A DNA stretch of 60,999 bases, filler included. It is 5 parts of 5 records of this genome, joined end to end, with 100 filler letters (N's around TTAATTAATTAA, not from the genome) between each part and the next. Parts side by side here need not be neighbours in the genome. Positions count along the whole stretch, not along the records: positions 45,343 to 50,907 come from SRR31156797_5619; positions 51,008 to 60,999 come from SRR31156797_5620; 3 more parts are not named here. The stretch is one strand, 5' to 3'. The notes beneath the pieces are model-generated. The model was not told the origin of the DNA. It did no database searches and was given only the letters and a program-made list of their open reading frames with translations. Within the stretch, counting starts at the first letter, position 1, and each line of letters begins with the position of its first letter. The position numbers were made by a program, and so were the translations under genes. Of this stretch, positions 50,346 through 59,818 are shown in pieces.

Positions 50346-50699
50346 TTAAATTTTGCGCCTCATAACCGTGATAGATTGTAAATAACTATCAACGGTATGC
50401 TGTGCGCCGTAACTTATAACTTGGGAATTGTAAATGAGTTGAGAGGAAAGGCAGGTTGTTCTTATGACTTGAAAACTATAAACTCAAAACAGCCCAGGTA
50501 TTAACTAATAACGGGAAAATAGAAAATCCCAAGCTATATATAAATAATACCAGCACATATCACGCTGTCAATAAGCGGCTATTTGGGGGTATGATACGGC
50601 CTTTTTTCGGTATTCGAAAGGTCCTTCTTTTTTTCTCTTTCAATGGAACGCCCCGCAATGGATGCGGAGCGTTCCAGACAAGTTAATTGATTGAAAAAA

Positions 50700-50907
50700 T
50701 CAGACCAGACCCTGATCGAGCATGGCGTCCGCCACTTTCATGAAACCGGCAGCATTGGCTCCGACGCAATAACAGCCGGGCTTGCCGAGCAACTCCGATG
50801 TTTCCATACACATGTCATGTATATTTTTCATAATAATATGCAGTCTTTGATCTATTTCATCCCGCGACCAACTCAAGCGCATGCTGTTTTGAGTCATTTC
50901 CAGGCCG
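50700..50907 (-). CDS. gdhA: Glutamate dehydrogenase, C-terminal part
   Basis: GLEMTQNSMRLSW...GANAAGFMKVADAMLDQGLV; hairpin at about 50645-50674 downstream. Confidence 0.9.
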
Positions 50908-51007
50908 NNNNNNNNNNNNNNNNNNNNNNNNNNNNNNNNNNNNNNNNNNNNTTAATTAATTAANNNNNNNNNNNNNNNNNNNNNNNNNNNNNNNNNNNNN
51001 NNNNNNN
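50908..51007. other. Artificial contig spacer
   Basis: N-run/TTAATTAATTAA/N-run. Confidence 0.98.
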
Positions 51008-51285
51008 TTTGTTTTTCATAGAACTTTTGACATTACCCTTAAATCAACATTTACTACTTGAAACCCACATTTAAATTATACTCGTTATTCCTTAATCAAA
51101 CACTTAAATAACTTAAATTGACGGTCAATATTCTTTTTCTTCAAAATACTACATTATATCTTATCAAATAAAAAAAGAGGTCAATAAAACCTCTTAGTCG
51201 GTAGTTTAAAATCATTCTCAAATCAAAATCAACACCACAGCGCAAAACCAGCGTCAAAATTTATTTAGAAGAATTTAGGTCATCA

Positions 51286-51456
51286 TTAAATATAAATTCG
51301 GTCGTCATCATGCAACTCTACTTCTAAATTCATACCACACCCGCTACAATAAAGTAGAAGACTTTTTCCTCTCTCTATCAATTCAACTTCATCACCTTCA
51401 AGAAATAACTTTCCGCAGAAAGGACATTCAATATCTTCCCCTAATATTTTTCGCAT
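51286..51456 (-). CDS. Small Zn-ribbon protein, 56 aa (not in the ORF track)
   Basis: MRKILGEDIECPFCGKLFLEGDEVELIERGKSLLLYCSGCGMNLEVELHDDDRIYI; AAGGAGG RBS 7 nt upstream; two CxxC motifs. Confidence 0.75.
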   Translation of the reverse strand: MRKILGEDIECPFCGKLFLEGDEVELIERGKSLLLYCSGCGMNLEVELHDDDRIYI

Positions 51457-51580
51457 GCTAAATCCTCCTTTGTCGATTTTCTATTAATATTATACAAGAG
51501 GATTTACCAATATTCAAAATTAATTAGTGTTTATTAAAAATTTAAGCTCTGAAATAATAAATTCCAGAGCTTAAACTTAT

Positions 51581-52762
51581 TTATTCAGGTAAACTAATTT
51601 TATTTCCTCTTCTTAGCTGTTCCATTCTCTTTTCACCTTTTTCAGTAAGTGCATCAAACTCTTTAATAGACTCCTGCATCTTAGGTAAAGCATTCGTTCT
51701 GAAATTTGTTATTTCATCCATAGCTTCATTTATATCTTTAAACGATTGTTTTAGTTTCTCTATATCCAACATACTAGATGAAGCTTGCTTCTGTATCTCT
51801 ATTCCTTGTTGTTTCAGTCTAGCTGATGTTCCTGCTATTAGATTACTAGTAGTTTCATTTAATGCAGTGATTTTATCAAGAACAAGCTTTTGGTCAGCAA
51901 GTGCTTGTGCAACTATAATAGCTACTTTTAGTGCACTTATTGTTACTAGTTTAGCTCTATCAATTCCTCTAATAAGTTCTTTATTATTTCTTTTTAGAAC
52001 TTCAATTGCAAATACACCTTGTTGATTTACAGCCATTTGCTGTTGTAAATCCATAATTCTTTGTCTTAACGGGAATTGAATTTCATCCATTAGGAATCTT
52101 CTTTTATCCTCATCAGCCATTACTTCAACTTCAGTAGATATTTTTCCATCTATATATTCACCCATTGTTATATATTTTTTTAGTTTTTTAGTTACATTAT
52201 ACATATCCTCTTGATCATGAGTTAGTGTAATATTATCTCTTCTAAGAACTTCTCTTGAATTATCTAAATTTTTCATAATATCATCTATTAACACTTCTGA
52301 TGATTTATATTTATCGAAATATTTTTTAACCGGACTAAACATTTTCAGAAAACCTTTTTTACTAAAGTCTATACTACTTGGGTCTAGTGATTCAACTGTA
52401 GATTTAAGATCAACTAAACTATTTGCTACTTTTTCCCCGTCAGAACTTTTACCTGCTAAAGTTTTTAAAGGTACTTTTAGTTTTGAACTTTGTACAGAGC
52501 TTTCTTTCTGAGCATCAAGTCCAAGACTATCTACATTATTGACAGCAGCTTTCTTTTGCTCAACACTATCAATATTTAAATTTAAAAGTCCGTTTAGAAA
52601 TCCTTGTGATTGTTGCTCTAGTTCCGTTAATTCTTTTGGCTCTATTTTTTCCATTTCAACTATCTGATTTTTTACCGATTCATCTTCTGGTAACGTTAAT
52701 GAAAATGCGTCTGACATAATTCCCCTCCCAAAATTTGATTTAACAACTCTTATATTCTCCAA
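51581..52762 (-). CDS. Toxic anion resistance protein (TelA/YceH family; start likely 52717)
   Basis: LRRDNITL, FPLRQRIMDLQQQ.AV.QQG and NNKELIRG motifs; coiled coil; terminator at 51542-51574. Confidence 0.88.
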   Translation of the reverse strand: MENIRVVKSNFGRGIMSDAFSLTLPEDESVKNQIVEMEKIEPKELTELEQQSQGFLNGLLNLNIDSVEQKKAAVNNVDSLGLDAQKESSVQSSKLKVPLKTLAGKSSDGEKVANSLVDLKSTVESLDPSSIDFSKKGFLKMFSPVKKYFDKYKSSEVLIDDIMKNLDNSREVLRRDNITLTHDQEDMYNVTKKLKKYITMGEYIDGKISTEVEVMADEDKRRFLMDEIQFPLRQRIMDLQQQMAVNQQGVFAIEVLKRNNKELIRGIDRAKLVTISALKVAIIVAQALADQKLVLDKITALNETTSNLIAGTSARLKQQGIEIQKQASSSMLDIEKLKQSFKDINEAMDEITNFRTNALPKMQESIKEFDALTEKGEKRMEQLRRGNKISLPE

Positions 52763-52815
52763 TTAATGAGGAGAGTTCTAGAGGTGTAAATCCAATTATA
52801 TTTTATTTAAAAATT

Positions 52816-53418
52816 TTATGAATATCTTCTTTTCATATCAGCTAATGAGAAATCATTTGTTCCTTCTCCTATAGCTGCGAATTTCCAATCTCCATCTTTT
52901 CTATATATTTCAGAAACAACTAAAGCTGTCTTACCATCATAGTTTTCAGTTAGGTTGAATTTTAATAATTCTTTTCCGTTTCCTTCATTAACTACTCTTA
53001 CAAATGCATTTCTTATCATTCCAAAATGTTGTTTTCTGCCTTTGCAGTCATAGATATTTACAACAAATACTAATTTTTTAACATCTGCCGGAACTTGAGT
53101 TAAGTTAACTTTAATTTGCTCATCATCTCCCGCACCTTCTCCAGTAAGGTTATCTCCAGTGTGAATTACACTTAGGTTTTTTGATTTTAAGGCCCCAAAG
53201 TAGATTAATTCTTGCATTTTATCATTAGCATCAAGCATAAATACTGAGGCGTCACAATCAATTGCAGCTCCACCGCCACCAAATAAACTTCCTAATAATC
53301 CTTTTTTTGCTTGTTTTTGTGGTGCTTCATCCCATCCTAAACCTACTACTATTTTATTTAATCCAGGATTCTCTTTTACTAGTGAAACTCTTGCCCCTTT
53401 TGTTAAGTTAACTGCCAC
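52816..53418 (-). CDS. TerD-family protein (TerZ/TerX-like)
   Basis: VGLGWD, IDCDAS, HTGDNLTGEGAGDDEQI and WKFAAIG motifs. Confidence 0.92.
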   Translation of the reverse strand: MAVNLTKGARVSLVKENPGLNKIVVGLGWDEAPQKQAKKGLLGSLFGGGGAAIDCDASVFMLDANDKMQELIYFGALKSKNLSVIHTGDNLTGEGAGDDEQIKVNLTQVPADVKKLVFVVNIYDCKGRKQHFGMIRNAFVRVVNEGNGKELLKFNLTENYDGKTALVVSEIYRKDGDWKFAAIGEGTNDFSLADMKRRYS

Positions 53419-53495
53419 GTTAATTTCCTCCCTTATGATTTAGTAGAAACTTTAGAAGTTATTAGTTTTTACTAAGTTTTATTTAATAATTTAAA

Positions 53496-54083
53496 TTATG
53501 CTAAAGGTACTCCATATTCAATCAAAATTGGTTCTAAACCGCTTTGATATCCTGAACCGATTGCCTTAAATTTCCATTCATCATTATTTTTATATAATTC
53601 TCCAACTACCATACCAGTTTCAATAGAATAATCTTCTGATAAGTCATATCTAATCAATTCTCTATCAGTTCCATCTTCCAGTACTCTAATAAATGCGTTT
53701 GTTATTTGTCCGAAACTTTGTCCTCTATTTTGAGCATCATGGATATTAACTATAAATACAATTCTTTGAACAGATGCAGCAACTTTATCAAGGTCAACTT
53801 TTACTACCTCATCGTCTCCCTCTCCTTCACCAGTTCTATTATCTCCAGTATGCGTAACTGCTTGTGTAGGATCAGTTAAATTATTATAAAATACAAAGTT
53901 TCTTTCATCTTGACTTGCTAATTTTCCATTTTCATCAATTAATAAACACATTGCATCTAAATCAAAGTCCTGCCCGCCATCATATTTATTAATATCCCAT
54001 CCTAAACCAACATGTAGTTTTTTTACTCCACTTGCTACTTTTTCAAGGCTTACATTTTGCCCTTTTCTTAAACTTACTGCCAT
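53496..54083 (-). CDS. terD: TerD-family protein
   Basis: GLGWD..YDGGQDFDLDA, GDNRTGEGEGDDE and WKFKAIGSGY motifs. Confidence 0.92.
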   Translation of the reverse strand: MAVSLRKGQNVSLEKVASGVKKLHVGLGWDINKYDGGQDFDLDAMCLLIDENGKLASQDERNFVFYNNLTDPTQAVTHTGDNRTGEGEGDDEVVKVDLDKVAASVQRIVFIVNIHDAQNRGQSFGQITNAFIRVLEDGTDRELIRYDLSEDYSIETGMVVGELYKNNDEWKFKAIGSGYQSGLEPILIEYGVPLA

Positions 54084-54128
54084 CTTCTAAATACCTCCCT
54101 ATGAAATTTGAATTTGTTCTAGTTTTTT

Positions 54129-54935
54129 CTATAAGTCTGAAGAGTATTTATTGACTCTTTCTGCCATTTTCTTTAGATCTGCTATACTTGTATCAATATC
54201 AAATTGTGCTCTGTTTGATGATGTATTTAAATTTCCTACTTTGATTCTCATATTATCGATATCTGTTATCGCTTGCTCATTAACTGATAATATTTTCTCT
54301 ATTCCTTGTAACTGCTTCTTACTCATAGATTTTCTATGTCTAAGAGAAGACAGCTCATCTTGCATCTCTTTCGTCATAGATGCTGCATTTTTAATTGTCT
54401 CTATTCTCTGCTCAATATAAGCCAGATCTATATCTTCTACTGCTTGATATACGTTTTTAACTTTCTCCAGATTATCTAGAACATTAAAATACACTTCTTC
54501 TGTTGCAGTGAGAAATCTATCATAAGTCATCTCTGTCTTTTGAAGTTTGCTGTCCAGTATCTCTTTAAATTTATCAAATTTATCGATTATTCTAAAAAGT
54601 TGTTCAGATGATCTTCTGGCACTTGCACCGTAATGCTCTGAATTAAACAGTTCTAAAAACTGAACTCTCAGTGTTTCAACTAAATTTTTAATTTCCTGGC
54701 TGTAAGAAACACCATTTTGATCTTTTGAATCAGTTGTTGGTGTTGTTGTCGGTGTTACAGCAGTAGGAGCAGGAACTGATCTCGAAGGTCTTTCGAATTT
54801 AATAAATCCAGAAATTTCTCGAAGTAAAGCTCCTATTATGATCCCTGTACCCAATAAAGCTAAAGGTTTTAAAATAATTATTACTACTATCCCTATTACA
54901 ATAGGGAGTAAATTTTTTAATTTAAACTTTTTCAT
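54129..54935 (-). CDS. Membrane-anchored coiled-coil protein, XpaC-like TelA partner
   Basis: N-terminal TM, Pro/Thr linker, then KL..TEMTYDRF.....VY..VLDNL helical domain; near telA. Confidence 0.55.
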   Translation of the reverse strand: MKKFKLKNLLPIVIGIVVIIILKPLALLGTGIIIGALLREISGFIKFERPSRSVPAPTAVTPTTTPTTDSKDQNGVSYSQEIKNLVETLRVQFLELFNSEHYGASARRSSEQLFRIIDKFDKFKEILDSKLQKTEMTYDRFLTATEEVYFNVLDNLEKVKNVYQAVEDIDLAYIEQRIETIKNAASMTKEMQDELSSLRHRKSMSKKQLQGIEKILSVNEQAITDIDNMRIKVGNLNTSSNRAQFDIDTSIADLKKMAERVNKYSSDL

Positions 54936-54963
54936 AATTTCTAACCTTTCTAAATATTATTTA

Positions 54964-55986
54964 CTATAACACTCCGATCCCTACAAGTATTACATAAGCT
55001 AAGAAACAAGCATAACTTACTCCCATTAGGAAACCACTTTTTTTACTTAAGCCTTTTTTGTTAAGTAAAACATAAGCAGTTGTTACCATTGATAAGATCA
55101 AGAAAAAGATTATTCCCAAGTTTTCTCTCAAGCTAATAACTACTGGTTCCTTTACTAATAATAATGGAACTCCTAAACAGATACTTAGGTCAAATATGTT
55201 TGATCCAACAGCATTTGATAATGCTCCGTCAATATCTCCACGACTTGATGATTTGATAGACAGTAATGTATCCGGGATAGATGTAGCAGATGCCAGAACA
55301 ATCAGTGAAACTATTATCGTTGGAATATTAAGAGTCGTTGAAACAACAATTGCACTTTTTACAATTACTTCAATTAGGAAATATATCCCAAATAAACATA
55401 AAAAAACTATTGGTAAAATTTTCGAATATGGCTTATCTCCGCCAGCTTCTTCTATCTCTTCACTTCTTTCCTCTACACTTTCTTGATGCTGTCTTGTTTC
55501 TAGATAAAGTTTAAGTAAATACCCAAGGTAAACAGATATTAGAACTATTCCAGTAACAAAAGTATACTGACCTCTAATAGTGAAAAATATAAGAATAAAT
55601 ATCGCTAAACTATAAAAGAACATATCTCTATATATACTTTTTTTATCTAAATTTACATTTATATTTGCACCTTTGAAGAACCAAATAGATAACATAGGAA
55701 TAAGCAAAATATTAAATATCCCACTACCTGCAATTGTACCAAATCCTATCTCATTAAATCTGTGATGCACTGTTACAGCTACTATTGCTGTAAAAAACTC
55801 AGGAAGTGAACTTGCAATTGCATCAAATGTTGCTCCTCTAACACTGTGTGGTAAGTTAAGCTTTAAGCCCACTAAATGTAGCTCGTCTGACAATTTGTCA
55901 GCTACATAGTTTAGTGCATACGATGCAACTAAAATCACTATTACTGCAATAGCAAAGTTATTTATCAAACCTGTTATAATTTCCAA
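54964..55986 (-). CDS. Cation/Ca2+ exchanger (CaCA, YrbG-like)
   Basis: Alpha repeats GATFDAIASSLPEF...GSGIFNIL and ATSIPD...GSNIFD. Confidence 0.88.
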   Translation of the reverse strand: MEIITGLINNFAIAVIVILVASYALNYVADKLSDELHLVGLKLNLPHSVRGATFDAIASSLPEFFTAIVAVTVHHRFNEIGFGTIAGSGIFNILLIPMLSIWFFKGANINVNLDKKSIYRDMFFYSLAIFILIFFTIRGQYTFVTGIVLISVYLGYLLKLYLETRQHQESVEERSEEIEEAGGDKPYSKILPIVFLCLFGIYFLIEVIVKSAIVVSTTLNIPTIIVSLIVLASATSIPDTLLSIKSSSRGDIDGALSNAVGSNIFDLSICLGVPLLLVKEPVVISLRENLGIIFFLILSMVTTAYVLLNKKGLSKKSGFLMGVSYACFLAYVILVGIGVL

Positions 55987-56018
55987 TTTTTTCCTCCTCT
56001 AATTTATGTGTATCTAAA

Positions 56019-56597
56019 TTACTGTACTCCATAGTCGGCTACTATTGCTTCTAAGCCTTGTTTATATCCTGATCCTATTGCTTTAAATTTCCATGCTCCA
56101 TCTTTCTTATATATCTCAGCTACAGTTAATCCTGTTTCTATTGAATAATCTTCAGAAAGATCATATCTAATTAATTCTTTGTTTCCAGCTTGATCTAAAA
56201 CTCTAATATATGCATTTGTTATTTGACCAAAATTTTGTGCTCTTTCTTCAGCTTTAAATATTACAGCAACAAAAGCTACTTTAACTACATCAGCAGGAAT
56301 TTTTGATAAATCAATATTAATTGATTCATCGTCTCCTTCTCCCTCTCCTGTTAGGTTATCTCCACTATGAATTACTGATCCTGCGGGATCTTGTTTATTA
56401 TTAAAAAAAACAAAATTCAAATTATTTCCTGAAGCTATTTTTCCATTTTCACCTAAAAGAAAACACATTACATCTAAATCGAAATCACTACCGCCATCAT
56501 ATTTATTAGTATCCCAACCTAATCCAATTGCCATTTTACTAAGACCAGGTGCTACTTTTTCTAAACTTATATTTTGTCCTTTTTCTAAATTTACCAT
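56019..56597 (-). CDS. terD: TerD-family protein
   Basis: GLGWD...DFDLD and GDNLTGEGEGDDE motifs. Confidence 0.92.
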   Translation of the reverse strand: MVNLEKGQNISLEKVAPGLSKMAIGLGWDTNKYDGGSDFDLDVMCFLLGENGKIASGNNLNFVFFNNKQDPAGSVIHSGDNLTGEGEGDDESINIDLSKIPADVVKVAFVAVIFKAEERAQNFGQITNAYIRVLDQAGNKELIRYDLSEDYSIETGLTVAEIYKKDGAWKFKAIGSGYKQGLEAIVADYGVQ

Positions 56598-56616
56598 ATT
56601 ATATCGCCTCCGTGTT

Positions 56617-57399
56617 TTATTTAATATATTTTTGTATATAATCTTCTAATATCTCTTCTGTTGCCTTAAAACCTATTTCATTTGTAAATGCCAGATTTTT
56701 GTATGAATTAGACTCTCTCAATTCACCATGATAAGGAACAAGTGAGTGGTTAGCATTAATTACCATTGGAGCATCCAAAAATGAATCCCCACTAGCATAA
56801 TACTTTGATATTTTCTCTTTATCAAGTATATATTTTATTGCATCGTTTTTATTTATAAATTTTGGTATGAAATACAGTTTTCTTCCCTGTAACGAATACT
56901 CCCAATTTTGCTTGCTTAGCCATTTAAAAAAAGTATCAATATCTTCTGGAATTATAGTTTTATCAACTATGAAGTACAAGAATCTATCTTTTACTTCTTT
57001 TTCTTTCAATATCCATTCATAATTATATTTTCTAAATTCAGCTAAAACATTCTCTTTGGAAACTTCTAATTCATCAAATTTATTTTCAATATATTTTGTC
57101 CATTCCTTATCTTCTAGTGAATTAATTAAAATCTTTCCACCGTTTTCAACTATAGCGTATTTTGGCTTAATAGTTTCTTGAAAAATATGAATTCTTTCAT
57201 ATTGCTCTTTCGTTCTTGTTGTAACAGGAATAAAATTTTCTGTACTATTTATCTTTTTTAGTAATTCTATACTTCTCTCACTCATAAATGAAAGTGGTTC
57301 TCCCAAATAGTATTCAACTATTCTTTCCTCTTTGATTCCATTACTTTCTAAGAATTTATTGGAATAAATCATTGTTCTATCTAAATCACTGCAAAACAC
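56617..57399 (-). CDS. HAD-superfamily hydrolase of Ter clusters
   Basis: SDLDRTMIYS, VTTRT, NGG and GDSFLD motifs. Confidence 0.88.
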   Translation of the reverse strand: MFCSDLDRTMIYSNKFLESNGIKEERIVEYYLGEPLSFMSERSIELLKKINSTENFIPVTTRTKEQYERIHIFQETIKPKYAIVENGGKILINSLEDKEWTKYIENKFDELEVSKENVLAEFRKYNYEWILKEKEVKDRFLYFIVDKTIIPEDIDTFFKWLSKQNWEYSLQGRKLYFIPKFINKNDAIKYILDKEKISKYYASGDSFLDAPMVINANHSLVPYHGELRESNSYKNLAFTNEIGFKATEEILEDYIQKYIK

Positions 57400-58520
57400 T
57401 ATACATCACCTGTTTTCTTAATAAGTCCACAGCATTTATAGCTTTGTAGTGGGTATTGTACAACTTCTACATTTTTTTCTTTAGCTAGAACTTTGATATG
57501 CTGCAAGTCTGCATCATCAAAATCTCGAACAAGTATAAGCTCAGGAACTCTACGAAGCAAAACTCTAGTTGTTTCTCCTACACCTGGTTTTATGAAGTTT
57601 CTATCTGTGACTCCAAATTTAGATTTAATATTCTCAACATCTATAACTCCACTATTTGACAAGAGATTTTCTGACAAATCTTTTTCATTATTAAGTATTG
57701 AATCAAAATTCTCTACAATAGTTTCGATATAATAATTTGATAAATCATTCTCTTCAAGATTATCATAATACTTTGCACCATGATAATCTCCCTCTTCAAT
57801 TATATCACTATTCAAGACCGTTCTACTTACCAGGCCCGAAACAGTAGAGTTCAGACAACTACTTGGAATCAGGAAATCCTCTTTCGTTCCAGATATTTCA
57901 GCACAATCACACGGATCAGCTAATACTGCTAGATCACTTGAAACTTCAGTTGCATATTTTGCATTAAATTCATTACAAGCTTTATCCAGAACTCCCTTGA
58001 TAGTCCCTTTTCCTGTCCAACCGTCAATAAATACTATTTCATAATCTTTATGAGTGTTTAAAATATCATTTATTGCTTTCTCATCTATACCTTTATCTCT
58101 GATTATAGATATCGCATAATGAGGTACATCTATATTGAATTTCATTTTAATATATCTTTTAACTAAAACACCTATTGGCGTTCCGGCTCTTGCAAGAGAT
58201 GCTAGTACTATTCTTTCACCTTTTTGCTTAACTATCTTTTCAGATAATATACCTACTGCTTCTGCAAGTTTTACTTTATATTTATCAAGTGATTTGTAAA
58301 ACAAATCAATATATTCCTGACTAGGTTCATACTCTACAGGAAGCATCTCAGAGTAATGTTTTCCACTCTGTATCATTTTTTCTCTCTCTTTGGTAGGAAT
58401 TTCCTGAACTAATCCATTGATTTTTTTTAATAAAAACACAACATCAGACTCAGAATAACTTCCTATTTTTTCTACAGAAATCAATTTGTATCCCTCCCAA
58501 CCGAAGATAACATGAAGCAA
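57399..58520 (-). CDS. StiP-family PRTase-like protein with a pelota-type RNA-binding domain (start likely TTG at 58484)
   Basis: GSYSESDVVFLLK, HYSEMLPVE, SLARAGTP, DGWTGKG and IKPGVGETTRVLLRR motifs. Confidence 0.88.
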   Translation of the reverse strand: MLHVIFGWEGYKLISVEKIGSYSESDVVFLLKKINGLVQEIPTKEREKMIQSGKHYSEMLPVEYEPSQEYIDLFYKSLDKYKVKLAEAVGILSEKIVKQKGERIVLASLARAGTPIGVLVKRYIKMKFNIDVPHYAISIIRDKGIDEKAINDILNTHKDYEIVFIDGWTGKGTIKGVLDKACNEFNAKYATEVSSDLAVLADPCDCAEISGTKEDFLIPSSCLNSTVSGLVSRTVLNSDIIEEGDYHGAKYYDNLEENDLSNYYIETIVENFDSILNNEKDLSENLLSNSGVIDVENIKSKFGVTDRNFIKPGVGETTRVLLRRVPELILVRDFDDADLQHIKVLAKEKNVEVVQYPLQSYKCCGLIKKTGDV

Positions 58521-59818
58521 ATATTTACTTTGGGAATACCCAATGATCTTAGTTTATCTTTCAGTTTATTTATTTCAGCTTCCGAACTATATCTTTCGTA
58601 AAAAATATAAAGTTCATTATAATAGTCATTAGGAATATTATATAAAAATTCATTTATATTTTCATTATAAATATTATAAAATTTGAATTTGTTTTGAATT
58701 GCATAAGCTTCCGTTTCTCTTGCCAATATCGGACTTCTCGTTGATGAGTGATATACCACATCTCCATCAAAATAACTGGCAATCTTAAGAGGAATATACA
58801 TGAACTCTCCAACACCAAGAAACAATATTTTATCCCGATTTAAGCTCTGTTTATCTTTATTTATTTCCATCGCAATTTGTTTGGCTATCTTTTCTAATTC
58901 TCTCTGTTTAGATAAGTTAATTCCAAACCTTCCGGTATATTCTATATATTTATCATAAATTATTTGAAAATATTTATCAAAATAGTATTCATTTATTTCA
59001 ATCTCTCCAGAGTTCACTTTATTACTATAAGTATCTTTCTCCAGATCAGCTGCACCTCTTGTTTCAATTTTTCCACTTATTAGTGAATATACATTTATTT
59101 CAATACCTAATTGCTTTTCCATATCTTTATATCTTTTTTTGTGTTCATTTGACCGCCAATCAAGAATAGTCAATACACTATAACATTTTCTAGGGTATTT
59201 TGCATGCATTTTTTCTATTATATTTAAACATGTTTTACCTGTTGTTATCTCATCATCTACTAGGATTACATTACTATTGTTATTAAAGAAATCTCTGTCT
59301 TTTGCAAACACAATATGTCCTGTTGCATGTGAATGTTCTTCAACAAATTCAAATACAGGCTCTATTTCGATTTCCTCTCTGCTTGTGTGAATATATTTTG
59401 CATTTTCAAACACTTCAAATACACTATGCCCTAATGCAGTTGCAGTTTCAGCAAACCCTATAACTATATCTTCTGCTGGCAATTTCACTGCCGGTATCTC
59501 ATCTGTTAATTTTTCAAGGCTAAATTCGTCTTTATTATTTAACATATCTAATTTCAAACCATAGAGTTTATCAGCGTATAATCTTCCTAATAACCTACCT
59601 ACATTTAGGATTGAAGATGGTTTGGCCGGTATATGCTTCCCTAAAACTTTACTAACAAATAAAAAACTTCTTTTTTTATTTATCCTTGCAGCTAATCCAA
59701 ATAACTCATTAATATCAACATTATAAGGATTATCGCTTATTTCTAAATCCATATACAAATCATCTGATATTCTATATGAATAGTTTTGTATAGTTCTCAT
59801 ATTTATTAAACACCCCAT
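58481..59818 (-). CDS. Ter-cluster phosphoribosyltransferase with TRSP domain (start likely 59800)
   Basis: KRSFLFVSKVLGKH, GFAETATALG, EEHSHA, LVDDEITTG, GEFMY.P and STRSP motifs. Confidence 0.88.
   Translation of the reverse strand: MGCLINMRTIQNYSYRISDDLYMDLEISDNPYNVDINELFGLAARINKKRSFLFVSKVLGKHIPAKPSSILNVGRLLGRLYADKLYGLKLDMLNNKDEFSLEKLTDEIPAVKLPAEDIVIGFAETATALGHSVFEVFENAKYIHTSREEIEIEPVFEFVEEHSHATGHIVFAKDRDFFNNNSNVILVDDEITTGKTCLNIIEKMHAKYPRKCYSVLTILDWRSNEHKKRYKDMEKQLGIEINVYSLISGKIETRGAADLEKDTYSNKVNSGEIEINEYYFDKYFQIIYDKYIEYTGRFGINLSKQRELEKIAKQIAMEINKDKQSLNRDKILFLGVGEFMYIPLKIASYFDGDVVYHSSTRSPILARETEAYAIQNKFKFYNIYNENINEFLYNIPNDYYNELYIFYERYSSEAEINKLKDKLRSLGIPKVNICFMLSSVGRDTN

Noticed and set aside
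19167-51007. Recurring TTAATTAATTAA within N-runs as a biological repeat, and gene linkage across these gaps
   Set aside because: Identical 100-nt artificial spacers with stops in all frames. GC content and gene style change across them, so cross-gap neighbourhoods are meaningless.
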